From Methanothermobacter marburgensis str. Marburg (GTDB taxonomy: Archaea > Methanobacteriota > Methanobacteria > Methanobacteriales > Methanothermobacteraceae): DNA of 32,000 nt. The notes below the pieces were generated by a model, which made no database searches, was not told the origin of the DNA, and worked only from the letters and a program-made list of their open reading frames with translations. This document shows positions 20,424 through 28,757 of this stretch, piece by piece. The position numbers were made by a program, and so were the translations under genes. Position 1 is the stretch's first letter. Every line of letters begins with the position of its first letter. The stretch is taken from assembly GCF_000145295.1 (NCBI RefSeq), contig NC_014408.1:1410001-1442000 (forward strand), read 5' to 3'.

Positions 20424-21712
20424 CTCGTGTGGTTGTTTTAACACCAGAGCACTACACCTACGGTTCAATGCTCATTGCCGGTGTTTTGAGGGACCTTGGA
20501 TACAGCGTTGAACTCAGGAAGGGCCTTGATGGTGCCGGCGCAGATGTGGTGTTCATAAGCCTCCAGTCGACCATCCACCTCCTGAGGTACAGGGATATTA
20601 TTAATAATATAAGGGGCTTCAGGGTGGTGGGGGGTCCCGTGAGCATGGACCCTGAACTTGTACTCCGCCACCTCGACGTTGACCTTGTAATTCAGGGCGA
20701 GGGTGAGGATAAGGTGGGGATGGCCATGGAGGTTGCATCTGGAAGTTTGGATGCGTCTGAAATACCTGGAGCAGCATTTAAATCCCCTGAAGGGTTTATA
20801 ATCAATGAACCAGCCCGCTGCTCCATGAAAAGGGCCCTCCCACTTGTGCCTGCAGATATCTCACAGGAGAACATAAGGGGTGCCAGTGTCTACATTGAAA
20901 CCCACAGGGGCTGTCCCGGTAACTGCACATTCTGCCAGGTTCCGGAATTCTTCGGCCGTGAGGTCCGCAGCAGGCCACTGGAGGATATCATAAGGGAGGT
21001 CAGGGAACTGAGGAAATCCGGGGCCCGAAGGTTTGCAATAAGCGGGGGAACCGGAACACTCTACGGGAGCAGCAGGTTCAGGGGTATTGATGAGGATGCA
21101 TTCACTGAGCTCCTCAGGGAGATAAGTGAAATCACAGGGCCCAGGAATCTGACGGTACCTGATATAAGGGTTGATATGGTGACCCCTGAGATCCTCGATG
21201 CCATATCAGAGTACACCAATGGGTGGGTGTTCTATGGTATAGAGTCAGGGAGCAGAAGGATCCTCAGAAGGATGAAGAAGGGCATAAAACCAGGGGATGT
21301 TATTGAGGCTGTTGAACTTGCCAGGGAGCATAATCTGAAGGTTGCAGGGTCATTCATAGTGGGGTACCCCGGTGAAGATGAAAGGGACCATGAGGAGACC
21401 CTGGAACTTGCAGATGAGCTAATGCTCGACGACTACTTTGTGAGCATCGCTGAACCGATACCCGGCACGGAACTTGGTGACGAGGTTAAGGGCCTTGAAG
21501 ATGAGGATAACCCTGTATTCATGGAGCCATCAGACAGGAAGTTCAGGAGTCTGGCTGAGGAGAGGGCATTCGGTTTCATGCTTGATTCATACGTATTCAG
21601 GAGCATGCCCATCCCTGTGACCGATGAACTCCTGAGGTCACTTAAGAAGGAGGCCCGGGATCAGCAAGAACATATAGAAACTGTTACGCGTATGTTGAAG
21701 AGGGAACTTTAG
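20420..21712 (+). CDS. Class B (B12-binding) radical SAM enzyme, probably the McrA glutamine C-methyltransferase
   Basis: 430 aa. N-terminal Rossmann-like B12-binding domain (VVVLTPEHYTYGSMLIAGVLRDLGY...VVFISLQS). Radical SAM motif ETHRGCPGNCTFCQVP. ATGA overlap with mmp10. The Q400 assignment is by context and recalled literature. Confidence 0.7.
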   Translation: MTRVVVLTPEHYTYGSMLIAGVLRDLGYSVELRKGLDGAGADVVFISLQSTIHLLRYRDIINNIRGFRVVGGPVSMDPELVLRHLDVDLVIQGEGEDKVGMAMEVASGSLDASEIPGAAFKSPEGFIINEPARCSMKRALPLVPADISQENIRGASVYIETHRGCPGNCTFCQVPEFFGREVRSRPLEDIIREVRELRKSGARRFAISGGTGTLYGSSRFRGIDEDAFTELLREISEITGPRNLTVPDIRVDMVTPEILDAISEYTNGWVFYGIESGSRRILRRMKKGIKPGDVIEAVELAREHNLKVAGSFIVGYPGEDERDHEETLELADELMLDDYFVSIAEPIPGTELGDEVKGLEDEDNPVFMEPSDRKFRSLAEERAFGFMLDSYVFRSMPIPVTDELLRSLKKEARDQQEHIETVTRMLKREL

Positions 21713-21959
21713 GTCACATGTAGTTTAATTCCTTGAGAAGAATAATCTGCAGCATTTAATTGAAAATTCTGATGCTAACTCAGCTTCATTCGAAATGCCA
21801 ATTTTTCTATTATTAATTTTGCAGACATGACATAATCTGTTTTTCTAAATGAGAGTTAAATCATCTGGTAAAATACACATAAAATGCATTAAATCATGCT
21901 CCTAACCCTCTTCCGATACAATCACTAAATTACGATTACCACCTGACTCTTCATCAAAA

Positions 21960-22032
21960 ATAGATAAAGGTGGTAAAGCGTCAAATCATAATAAAACAAG
22001 CTTTTATGTATTTATCATAGATAAAGGTGGTA
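21960..22032. repeat. Exact 16-nt direct repeat ATAGATAAAGGTGGTA (21960-21975 and 22017-22032)
   Basis: Read directly from the sequence. A third, inverted copy of the core (ttaccacct, 21936-21944) can pair with aggtggtaa (21968-21976). Confidence 0.9.
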
Positions 22033-22081
22033 TTCAGCGTAATTTGATAAATCGCTGAATACGGGTCTTCGCGTTAAAGTT

Positions 22082-22651
22082 TCAGTCAGCTCCACACATT
22101 GGTGCGCCGCACTCTGGACATTTCTCCATTCTGCATGGAACTCCAGGTGTTTTTGGTGCCTCGTATCCGCATTCAATGCATTTGCAGACACGTGGTGCCC
22201 CACGTCCAGCACCAAAACCTCTTCCGAAGCCGCCACTTCCCATCCGGGGCAGTGTATCTGCTGATACCAGCGTTATATTTTCTGAATCACAGTCGGGGCA
22301 CTTTTTGTATTCCTTTTCAGGTGAGATCCACTCAAACTGGCAGTCCATGCACTTGTATCTTCTCCTGTCTGTGATGTAATCACCTCCTTTCAGTATTATT
22401 GGTCTGCCCTCGACCAGTGCCTCTGCTATCTTGGCCCGTGCGGATGTCAGTGTCCTGTGAAATGTTGGCTGTGATATACCCATGATTTCAGCAGCCTTTT
22501 TCTGTTTTATGTCATGGTAGTCCCTTAACCTGACAGCCTCAAATTCATCGAGGGTTATCTCAACCTCAACCCCTTCTTCACTGGCTTCCGGGGAAAATGC
22601 AACCACACGGGGTTCTCCCAGGATTCTTCTGTATCTTCTTGGTCTAGGCAT
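22082..22651 (-). CDS. DUF134 (UPF0251) HTH DNA-binding protein with a C-terminal double zinc-ribbon / Gly-Arg-rich extension
   Basis: N-terminal MPRPRRYRRILGEP...LDEFEAVRLRDYHDIKQKKAAEIMGISQPTFHRTLTSARAKIAEALVEG is the DUF134 pattern. It is followed by CMDC-x14-CPDC, then GSGGFGRGFGAGRGAPR, then CKCIECG-x14-CPECG. Confidence 0.8.
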   Translation of the reverse strand: MPRPRRYRRILGEPRVVAFSPEASEEGVEVEITLDEFEAVRLRDYHDIKQKKAAEIMGISQPTFHRTLTSARAKIAEALVEGRPIILKGGDYITDRRRYKCMDCQFEWISPEKEYKKCPDCDSENITLVSADTLPRMGSGGFGRGFGAGRGAPRVCKCIECGYEAPKTPGVPCRMEKCPECGAPMCGAD

Positions 22652-22673
22652 GTTTTGAATATATATTCAAAAC
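22652..22673. promoter_or_regulatory. Perfect 22-bp palindrome GTTTTGAATATATATTCAAAAC abutting the DUF134 gene ATG; candidate operator
   Basis: The half-sites are exact reverse complements. The palindrome occupies the whole space between the TATA box (22677-22684) and the start codon (22649-22651). Confidence 0.6.
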
Positions 22674-22676
22674 TTG

Positions 22677-22691
22677 TATTTAAAGTTTTTC
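22677..22691 (-). promoter_or_regulatory. BRE/TATA (GAAAAAC-TTTAAATA) of the DUF134 gene
   Basis: The minus strand reads ATGAAAAACTTTAAATACAA. The TATA centre is about 29 nt from the A of the ATG, which predicts a leaderless or 3-5-nt-leader mRNA. There is no SD. Confidence 0.55.
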
Positions 22692-22844
22692 ATCACGGGT
22701 CAGAGACCATGAAAAGCCAGTCCCCTAACCAGACCAGCATCACCCTAAAACCATAGAAAAAATATCCCTGTAAACTGCCTGCCGGTCATCCATTCAAGAT
22801 CCCCATAAAACCAGCGAAAATAATAAGTACCATCCAGTTCATCC

Positions 22845-23891
22845 TTAATCTCCATCGAAAACCGGATTAGAGGGAATGAGCTCAATAACAGTGACCTCAG
22901 AGGACGATCCTATACGGATAGGGGGACCCCATGTGCCTGTACCCTGTGAAACATACAGAAAACGTCCTGAATCATCATAAAGGCCCCTGATAAAGGGGAA
23001 CATCATTCCAACAAGGAGGTTGAATGGATAGAACTGCCCACCATGCGTATGGCCGGATAGCTGGAGGTCAACACCCCTCTCCCTGGCGTAATCCCAGTCA
23101 ACAGGAAGGTGATGAAGAAGTATGAGGGGCCTCTTCGGGTCAAATTCCATTATATCAAGGATCGCAGAAAGCGAATGCCTCTCCATCGAATAACCCACAC
23201 CTGCAACCTGCACCCCCCTGAAATCAACAACACGCTGATCAATACACATGATACCCGCCCCCTCCACTGCAGACCTGAAGTCCCCTGAATAGGTGTCATG
23301 GTTGCCAGAAACAAAAAATACGGGAACTTCCACCTTAAGCTCTGAGAGTGTTGAGGCTCCAACGGGCCTTGAACCATCCAGGAGGTCACCTGTTATGAGG
23401 ACGGCGTCAGGTTCAATTTCAGAGATAAGAGATGAAACCCTCCTGAGGAAACCACTGGACCTCACAGTCCCCACATGAAGATCTGAAAGCTGCACCAGCC
23501 TCAGTTCATCGCTGCATGGAAATGGGATCCTGACAGTCCTTACCTCAATATTCCAGCCCTTCAACAGCCCATAGGAAACCATTATGATAGATAAGGCCGC
23601 CGCAGGGATAGGGGAGAACGGAATGCCTGGAACAAGTGATGCTGCAAAGGTTACCCCCAGGCCAATGAGGATGTAAACAGCCATTCCCACCCATATCATG
23701 GAAACCACATAGGCAGCCCTTGAGATAAAGGATGGGTATACCCTCTCGGAGATTATGGCTGCCGGTAAAAGAAATGTAAGCGGGAGGCTCAGAATTCCCA
23801 TACCAAGAGATTCCAGGACAGTAAAATTAAGAAGGTAGTATCCTGAGGAGAAGATCAGGATAAATATCAGGACCTGGAACTCTCTCCTCAT
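22845..23891 (-). CDS. Membrane-anchored calcineurin-like metallophosphoesterase
   Basis: About 4 N-terminal TM helices, then the MPE motifs LSDLHVG, ITGDLLD, VSGNHD and SGHTHGGQ. Starts 4 nt after the upstream stop. Confidence 0.85.
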   Translation of the reverse strand: MRREFQVLIFILIFSSGYYLLNFTVLESLGMGILSLPLTFLLPAAIISERVYPSFISRAAYVVSMIWVGMAVYILIGLGVTFAASLVPGIPFSPIPAAALSIIMVSYGLLKGWNIEVRTVRIPFPCSDELRLVQLSDLHVGTVRSSGFLRRVSSLISEIEPDAVLITGDLLDGSRPVGASTLSELKVEVPVFFVSGNHDTYSGDFRSAVEGAGIMCIDQRVVDFRGVQVAGVGYSMERHSLSAILDIMEFDPKRPLILLHHLPVDWDYARERGVDLQLSGHTHGGQFYPFNLLVGMMFPFIRGLYDDSGRFLYVSQGTGTWGPPIRIGSSSEVTVIELIPSNPVFDGD

Positions 23892-23895
23892 GGGA

Positions 23896-24810
23896 TCACA
23901 GTATGGAGCTTTCAGGTAGTAACTTAACGAGGATGTAGTCGTACATCATTGACTTCCTTATCTCAGATATGTCGCCCAGCCGGTAATCAGAAACCCTCAC
24001 ATCTGCTATCTCGTCATGGTAGCGGTCATAGTTGAGCTTCACACGGACCCCATCAAGCTGGCTTGTTACAGGTGTGGGGGAGTAGACCTCCTTAACGGCA
24101 GGCACCTGATTTTCAATCTCGGTCTTAACAAGTATTGAGGGGACCAGAGGTGGGTCCGCCGCCATTTCACGCCTCCTCCTGTCAAGTATATCCTCGACCA
24201 CCTCAACAAGTTTCCTTAGGGCCCTTATATCCTCACCCCTCTTCAGCCTCCTGGGTATCCTCCCAAGGCCCCCAACATAGGCGTCGGCACCTGGAAGCTC
24301 GCTGAGGTCAATCTTCTCAGGGGACCCTGTAACCACCACCGGGATGTTTATGTCACTGAAAAGGTGGGCCTTATCCTTTATGCACTGCTCAAAGCTTCCA
24401 AGGGCAAAAACTGCAAGGTCGTGTTCCTCTATGAGCCTCTTTTCATCCTCTGATATCCTGGATATACCCTTACCTGCCCCACGGGCAAGGCCTATCATGT
24501 TATCCTTGGCACCGTACCTCCTGAGGTACTCGGATATATCACAGGCCGAATGGGGTAAATGATGCCTTGCCAGGGTCGGTGAGACGATAGCTATCTCAGT
24601 ACCCGCCATAGGGGCAACCTTAACCTTCCCCAGGAGCTCCCTGGCCTTTTCCCTCACCTTATCCACATCCTCAATTGGGACGGCCAGTGTGAGTATGAGG
24701 TCCATCTGAAGCATGTTCTCCTGGAGCACAAATCCGCCGAGGTCCTCAATCAGTTCCTTCATTTCCTCATGGCGGTGTACACCGCCCTGATAGGTTAAAG
24801 TTTCGTACAT
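23896..24810 (-). CDS. mmp7: McrC paralog, probably methanogenesis marker protein 7
   Basis: 304 aa, starting [14 protein letters not shown]. The central region [29 protein letters not shown]...GLARGAGKG aligns by eye with Mcr[29 protein letters not shown]...LNAGAGVP from this same window. Confidence 0.65.
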   Translation of the reverse strand: MYETLTYQGGVHRHEEMKELIEDLGGFVLQENMLQMDLILTLAVPIEDVDKVREKARELLGKVKVAPMAGTEIAIVSPTLARHHLPHSACDISEYLRRYGAKDNMIGLARGAGKGISRISEDEKRLIEEHDLAVFALGSFEQCIKDKAHLFSDINIPVVVTGSPEKIDLSELPGADAYVGGLGRIPRRLKRGEDIRALRKLVEVVEDILDRRRREMAADPPLVPSILVKTEIENQVPAVKEVYSPTPVTSQLDGVRVKLNYDRYHDEIADVRVSDYRLGDISEIRKSMMYDYILVKLLPESSIL

Positions 24811-25325
24811 AATTTCCTCTCCAGATACATGTACCTGAATAAAGCCCTCTTAACCGGGTCAACTGGAAGGTTTCTGTGTGAGGGGACCCTGATGCAGTCA
24901 AGTTCCATGTAATCGGGGCATACCGTGAAATCTTCATTCAAATCAACAATGGTGAATCCCATGTCCTCAACGATCTCCCTTAGGAAATCTGAATAAACCC
25001 TTACTTTTATTTTGCTGTTAATCTCCCGCAACCCCGCAGGGTCATGCCACCAGGGGGAGCAGACCTCAAAGTCTATCTCATCAGCCGAGGAGTACCTGAG
25101 GCTTCCAGGATCCACCTCCTGAACAGCCCTGAAAACGGTTCCTATGGCCTCCCTTATCTGGGTGAATGTGTTGAGTTTAAGTTTAACCGCCCCAGCAACT
25201 GGTGTCTCAGATAGCACAAATAAAATGTCTGCATCCTCATCCTCAGGTTTGCGGGTCACATGGTACCCCATGACGCCTGCAATCCTCAGTATGCCCTCAC
25301 ACATTGGTGTTGTAAAAATCCTCAT
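24795..25325 (-). CDS. Conserved hypothetical protein translationally coupled to the marker-7-like gene (function unknown)
   Basis: The ORF is open to 25379, but that ATG has no SD and leaves no room for a promoter. The internal ATG 25325 ([13 protein letters not shown]...) has a GGTGA SD 4 nt upstream. 16-nt overlap with the downstream gene. Confidence 0.6.
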   Translation of the reverse strand: MRIFTTPMCEGILRIAGVMGYHVTRKPEDEDADILFVLSETPVAGAVKLKLNTFTQIREAIGTVFRAVQEVDPGSLRYSSADEIDFEVCSPWWHDPAGLREINSKIKVRVYSDFLREIVEDMGFTIVDLNEDFTVCPDYMELDCIRVPSHRNLPVDPVKRALFRYMYLERKLCTKL

Positions 25326-25394
25326 TGAGTCACCGATGAAGTCTATAAATACCTCATGAATAAATCTCTCTATAATCATTTATAAGGTGTGCTG

Positions 25395-26048
25395 ATGAGG
25401 GTAAGTCTCAGCTTTGAAAAACCGGAGGGCAGTGGACTCTGCATAATGGTGGACCTTCTGAGGGCAAGTGCAACCATAACCTCTGCCCTGGACAGTTTCA
25501 GGGAGGTCATCCCTGTTGGGGACGTTGAGGAGGCAACGGAATACTCCAGGATGGGCTATGTGGTGGCAGGGGAGCGTGGTGGTGAGACCCTGCCAGGATT
25601 CCTGGCCAACTCCCCACTGGAGGTGAGGGAACATTCAGGTGATGCCCTTGTGCTAACCACCAGTAACGGTACAAGGATCCTTGAGTCAGTTGAATCACAG
25701 GCCCTCGTGGGCTGCCTCAACAATCTGGATGCAGTGGCCTCAGCTGCAAGGAATCTTTCGGATGAAGTTGAGGTGGTCATGGCCGGTGTTAATGGCCGCT
25801 TTGCAATAGAGGATTTCCTCTGCGCCGGTGAAATAATACGTGCCATTGGTGGTGAGTTTGAAGAGTACGCTGAGGCCTCAGTACTTGCAGTTCAGGACAG
25901 GTCCATGGTTGATGATGCCATAAGAAAATCCAGGTCAGCCAGGAGGCTCAGGGAACTTGGTTTTGCCGGTGATATTGAATACTGCCTCAGAAGGAATATA
26001 ACAGAAAACGTACCCGTATACAGGGACGGCAGGATATCGCTGATCTAA
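25395..26048 (+). CDS. comB: 2-phosphosulfolactate phosphatase (coenzyme M biosynthesis)
   Basis: ComB family pattern: VDLLRASATITSAL, AGERGG, LTTSNGTR and AGVNGRFAIEDFLCAG. ATG 25395 has an AGGTG SD 5 nt upstream. The ORF track starts at GTG 25389. Confidence 0.85.
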   Translation: MRVSLSFEKPEGSGLCIMVDLLRASATITSALDSFREVIPVGDVEEATEYSRMGYVVAGERGGETLPGFLANSPLEVREHSGDALVLTTSNGTRILESVESQALVGCLNNLDAVASAARNLSDEVEVVMAGVNGRFAIEDFLCAGEIIRAIGGEFEEYAEASVLAVQDRSMVDDAIRKSRSARRLRELGFAGDIEYCLRRNITENVPVYRDGRISLI

Positions 26049-26065
26049 GGGAGGATGCACTGGAC

Positions 26066-26758
26066 ATGAATCTGGAGGAGCTGAAGATAATAGGTACCGC
26101 ACATGTATCTGGAGAAAGTGTTGATGAGGTGAGAAGAACCATACTTGAGATGAAACCGGACGTTGTTGCAGTGGAACTGGACCCCGGGAGGTACAGGAGG
26201 CTCATGGAAGAAAAAATGGGGATCAAAAGGGATGAACCTTCCCTCAGGGACGCCCTCAGAAGTGGAAACATTGGTGTCATCCTTGCAGGCTGGTTTTTAA
26301 CCTATTTCCAGAGGAAGATCGGTGAGGATATAGGTGTCAAGCCAGGCAGTGAGATGCTTGAGGCGATAGATGCCGCCCATGAGGTTGGTGCGGGGGTTGC
26401 CCTCATTGACCGTGACATAGGGGTGACCATGCAGCGGGCGATCGGGTCCATGAGCCGGCGGGAAAAGCTGAGGTTCTTTCTTGCAATCATGAGATCCTTC
26501 ATTGGGGGGGAGGATGTGCGGGATATTGAGAGCCTCAAAAGTGACGACACCCTTGCGGAGGTTATGGGGGAATTCCGCGAAATATCACCCTCAGCATACC
26601 GTGTGCTTGTTGAGGAGAGGGATGCCTTCATGGCCCACAGGCTCCTCTCCATTGAGGAGGACCGCGTTGTTGCCGTTGTGGGCGCAGGCCACAGGAGGGG
26701 GATAGAACACTACCTCAGAAACCCACAGGAACTTCCACCACTTGAAGAACTCATTTGA
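26066..26758 (+). CDS. TraB/PrgY-family protein
   Basis: 230 aa. Motifs IIGTAHVSGESV, DVVAVELD and VVAVVGAGHRRGI are typical of the TraB family. Confidence 0.8.
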   Translation: MNLEELKIIGTAHVSGESVDEVRRTILEMKPDVVAVELDPGRYRRLMEEKMGIKRDEPSLRDALRSGNIGVILAGWFLTYFQRKIGEDIGVKPGSEMLEAIDAAHEVGAGVALIDRDIGVTMQRAIGSMSRREKLRFFLAIMRSFIGGEDVRDIESLKSDDTLAEVMGEFREISPSAYRVLVEERDAFMAHRLLSIEEDRVVAVVGAGHRRGIEHYLRNPQELPPLEELI

Positions 26759-26770
26759 ATATCCGATAAT

Positions 26771-26842
26771 ATCATTCAGACTAATGTCCCGGGCACACCC
26801 ACAGGCTCCGAACAATATTACAAGACATCATTCAGAGTAATG
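26771..26842. repeat. Direct repeat ATCATTCAGA(C/G)TAATG (26771-26786 and 26827-26842), 15/16 identical, 56-nt period
   Basis: Read directly from the sequence. Lies in the spacer upstream of the DUF1922/GTPase pair. Confidence 0.85.
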
Positions 26843-26917
26843 CCATGCTGGAGGAAAAATATTCATTAAATACCGGTCCAATAAATATTTACTATAGAAA
26901 GAGCAGTGTGATATTCA

Positions 26918-27133
26918 ATGTACGTCATATTCAGATGTGACTGTGGAAGGGCCCTATACTCAAAGGAGGGCGCAGATACCCGAAAGTGCGTCTGTGGAAG
27001 AACCCTGAAGGTTAAAACAAGGCGCATATTTGGAAAGGCCGGTAGCTTCCAGGAAGCAGCAGAAATTGTGAGAAAACTCCAGGAAGAAAGGTATGGCACC
27101 TGCCATTTCACAAATCCAGTGAAAAGGGAATAG
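26918..27133 (+). CDS. DUF1922 zinc-ribbon protein (MTH1184 family)
   Basis: 71 aa. CDCG-x16-CVCG zinc ribbon. The sequence closely resembles the 8.3-kDa MTH1184 protein whose NMR structure I recall. Confidence 0.8.
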   Translation: MYVIFRCDCGRALYSKEGADTRKCVCGRTLKVKTRRIFGKAGSFQEAAEIVRKLQEERYGTCHFTNPVKRE

Positions 27134-27141
27134 AACGAGAT

Positions 27142-28731
27142 ATGATAGAAGATATCCGATCATTCACATCAGCCGGTGAGAGGAGAAACATAGAATTCAA
27201 GAAGGCACTCTCACCAGGGTATCATCTGAAGATGGACCGGAAGAAGAGCCTGATCTCCCAGATGAAGTACCGTATGGAGAGGGGTGATGGAAGGGCAGTA
27301 TACCTCCTTGGTGTGGAGGACAGCGGTGAACCGGTTGGCCTCCCTGATGAGGAACTCAGGGGGTCAGTTGAGGTCCTCAGAAAACTGAGTCAGGAGATAG
27401 ATGCTGTTGTGGAGGAGGTTAACCTCCATGAGGGAACCCACGGTAGGGTGGCCGAGGTGATAATCTCAAGGAAACAGAAAACAGAGAGGGAACACCTCCT
27501 CATAGGTGTCGCCGGCCACGTTGACCACGGAAAGAGCACACTCCTCGGTACACTCACAACAGGAACCCCCGATGACGGAAGCGGTAAGACAAGGATATTC
27601 CTTGATGTCCAGAAACACGAGATAGAAAGGGGCCTATCAGCGGATCTATCCTTCGCCATATATGGATTCAGGGATGGGATGGTCATAAGACTCAAAAATC
27701 CCCTGGACCGGAAGGAGAAATCAGGGCTCATGGACAAGGCCGACAGGGTAATATCCTTCGTTGATACCGTTGGACATGAGCCCTGGCTGAGGACAACAAT
27801 AAGGGGGATTGTGGGGCAGAACCTGGACTATGGCCTCCTGACCGTTGCCGCGGATGAGGGCCCAACGCATATAACAAGGGAGCACCTTGGTATAATGATT
27901 GCAATGGAGCTTCCTGTGATCGTTGTGCTCACAAAGACCGATATGGCCACCCCCTCCCAGAGGAGGGCTGTGCGGGCGAAGATATCTGAACTCCTTAAAC
28001 TGGTTGGGAGGATACCCTTCCATGTGACCGGAAGGGACTCCGCACGGCAAATAGCCGGCAAGATGAACCAGCACATAGTACCCATAATAGAGACATCCTC
28101 TGTCACAGGGGAGGGCCTTGAAGTCCTAGATGAACTCTTCCTCAACCTGGAGGTTAAGCGTGACGTTAACGGGGACGAGAAGCCATTCCTCATGTACATA
28201 GACAAGGTATACACCATCAGGGGTGTTGGAACCGTTGTCAGTGGAACCATCCAGCAGGGCCTTGTCAGGAAGGGTGATACCCTGCTCCTTGGCCCCATGA
28301 ATACCGGGAAATTCAGGGAAGTCACCGTTAAATCCATCGAGATGCACCACTACCGTATAGGCTGTGCAGAGCCAGGACATATAGTTGGAATATCCATCTC
28401 AGGGGCATCCGCCGATGAAATAGAGAGGGGTATGATACTGGCCCACCCTGACTATGAACCAGAGGCGGTCAGGGAATTTGAGGCCGACGTGGCCATACTG
28501 GTGCATCCCACAACCATAAAGGCGGGCTATGAGAGCGTAACCCACATTGAAACAATAGCCGAGACCACCATACTGGAACCCCTTGATGCAGAGTTCATGT
28601 CAGCCGGTGACAGGGGCAGGGTGAGGATGAGGTTCAAGTACAGGCCCCACCATGTGAAGGAGGGTCAGAAGATAATCTTCCGTGAGGGAAGGAGCAAGGG
28701 TATCGGCTCAGTTACCAGAATCCTGGAATAA
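27142..28731 (+). CDS. EF-Tu/EF-1A-like translational GTPase, GTPBP1-like architecture
   Basis: 529 aa. G1 [11 protein letters not shown]3 DTVGHEPW and G4 TKTD. Has an N-terminal extra domain of about 110 aa and C-terminal beta-barrel domains II/III. Confidence 0.85.
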   Translation: MIEDIRSFTSAGERRNIEFKKALSPGYHLKMDRKKSLISQMKYRMERGDGRAVYLLGVEDSGEPVGLPDEELRGSVEVLRKLSQEIDAVVEEVNLHEGTHGRVAEVIISRKQKTEREHLLIGVAGHVDHGKSTLLGTLTTGTPDDGSGKTRIFLDVQKHEIERGLSADLSFAIYGFRDGMVIRLKNPLDRKEKSGLMDKADRVISFVDTVGHEPWLRTTIRGIVGQNLDYGLLTVAADEGPTHITREHLGIMIAMELPVIVVLTKTDMATPSQRRAVRAKISELLKLVGRIPFHVTGRDSARQIAGKMNQHIVPIIETSSVTGEGLEVLDELFLNLEVKRDVNGDEKPFLMYIDKVYTIRGVGTVVSGTIQQGLVRKGDTLLLGPMNTGKFREVTVKSIEMHHYRIGCAEPGHIVGISISGASADEIERGMILAHPDYEPEAVREFEADVAILVHPTTIKAGYESVTHIETIAETTILEPLDAEFMSAGDRGRVRMRFKYRPHHVKEGQKIIFREGRSKGIGSVTRILE

Positions 28732-28757
28732 ACAGTTTATCAAACAAAAGCCTCTGC

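Noticed and set aside
21713-22081. Possible C/D-box sRNA or small protein gene in the AT-rich spacer
   Set aside because: A TGATGA C-box-like hexamer exists on the minus strand (21951-21956), but no CTGA D box follows on that strand within 100 nt. All mini-ORFs are 18 codons or fewer, and only one has even a marginal SD. No call was made beyond flagging the region.
22741-22824. Repeat caccctaaaaccatagaaaaaata / ccccataaaaccagcgaaaataata, 60 nt apart
   Set aside because: On the minus strand these read as T-rich tracts (TATTTTTTCTATGGTTTTAGGG and TATTATTTTCGCTGGTTTTATGGGG) immediately downstream of the phosphoesterase stop. They are adequately explained as tandem oligo-T terminators, so I did not list them as a separate system.
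25326-25379. 18-codon N-terminal extension (MIIERFIHEVFIDFIGDS) of the gene upstream of the marker-7-like gene
   Set aside because: There is no SD before ATG 25379, and only 9-15 nt would remain to the divergent comB start. The internal ATG 25325 has a GGTGA SD. It is kept as an alternative start.
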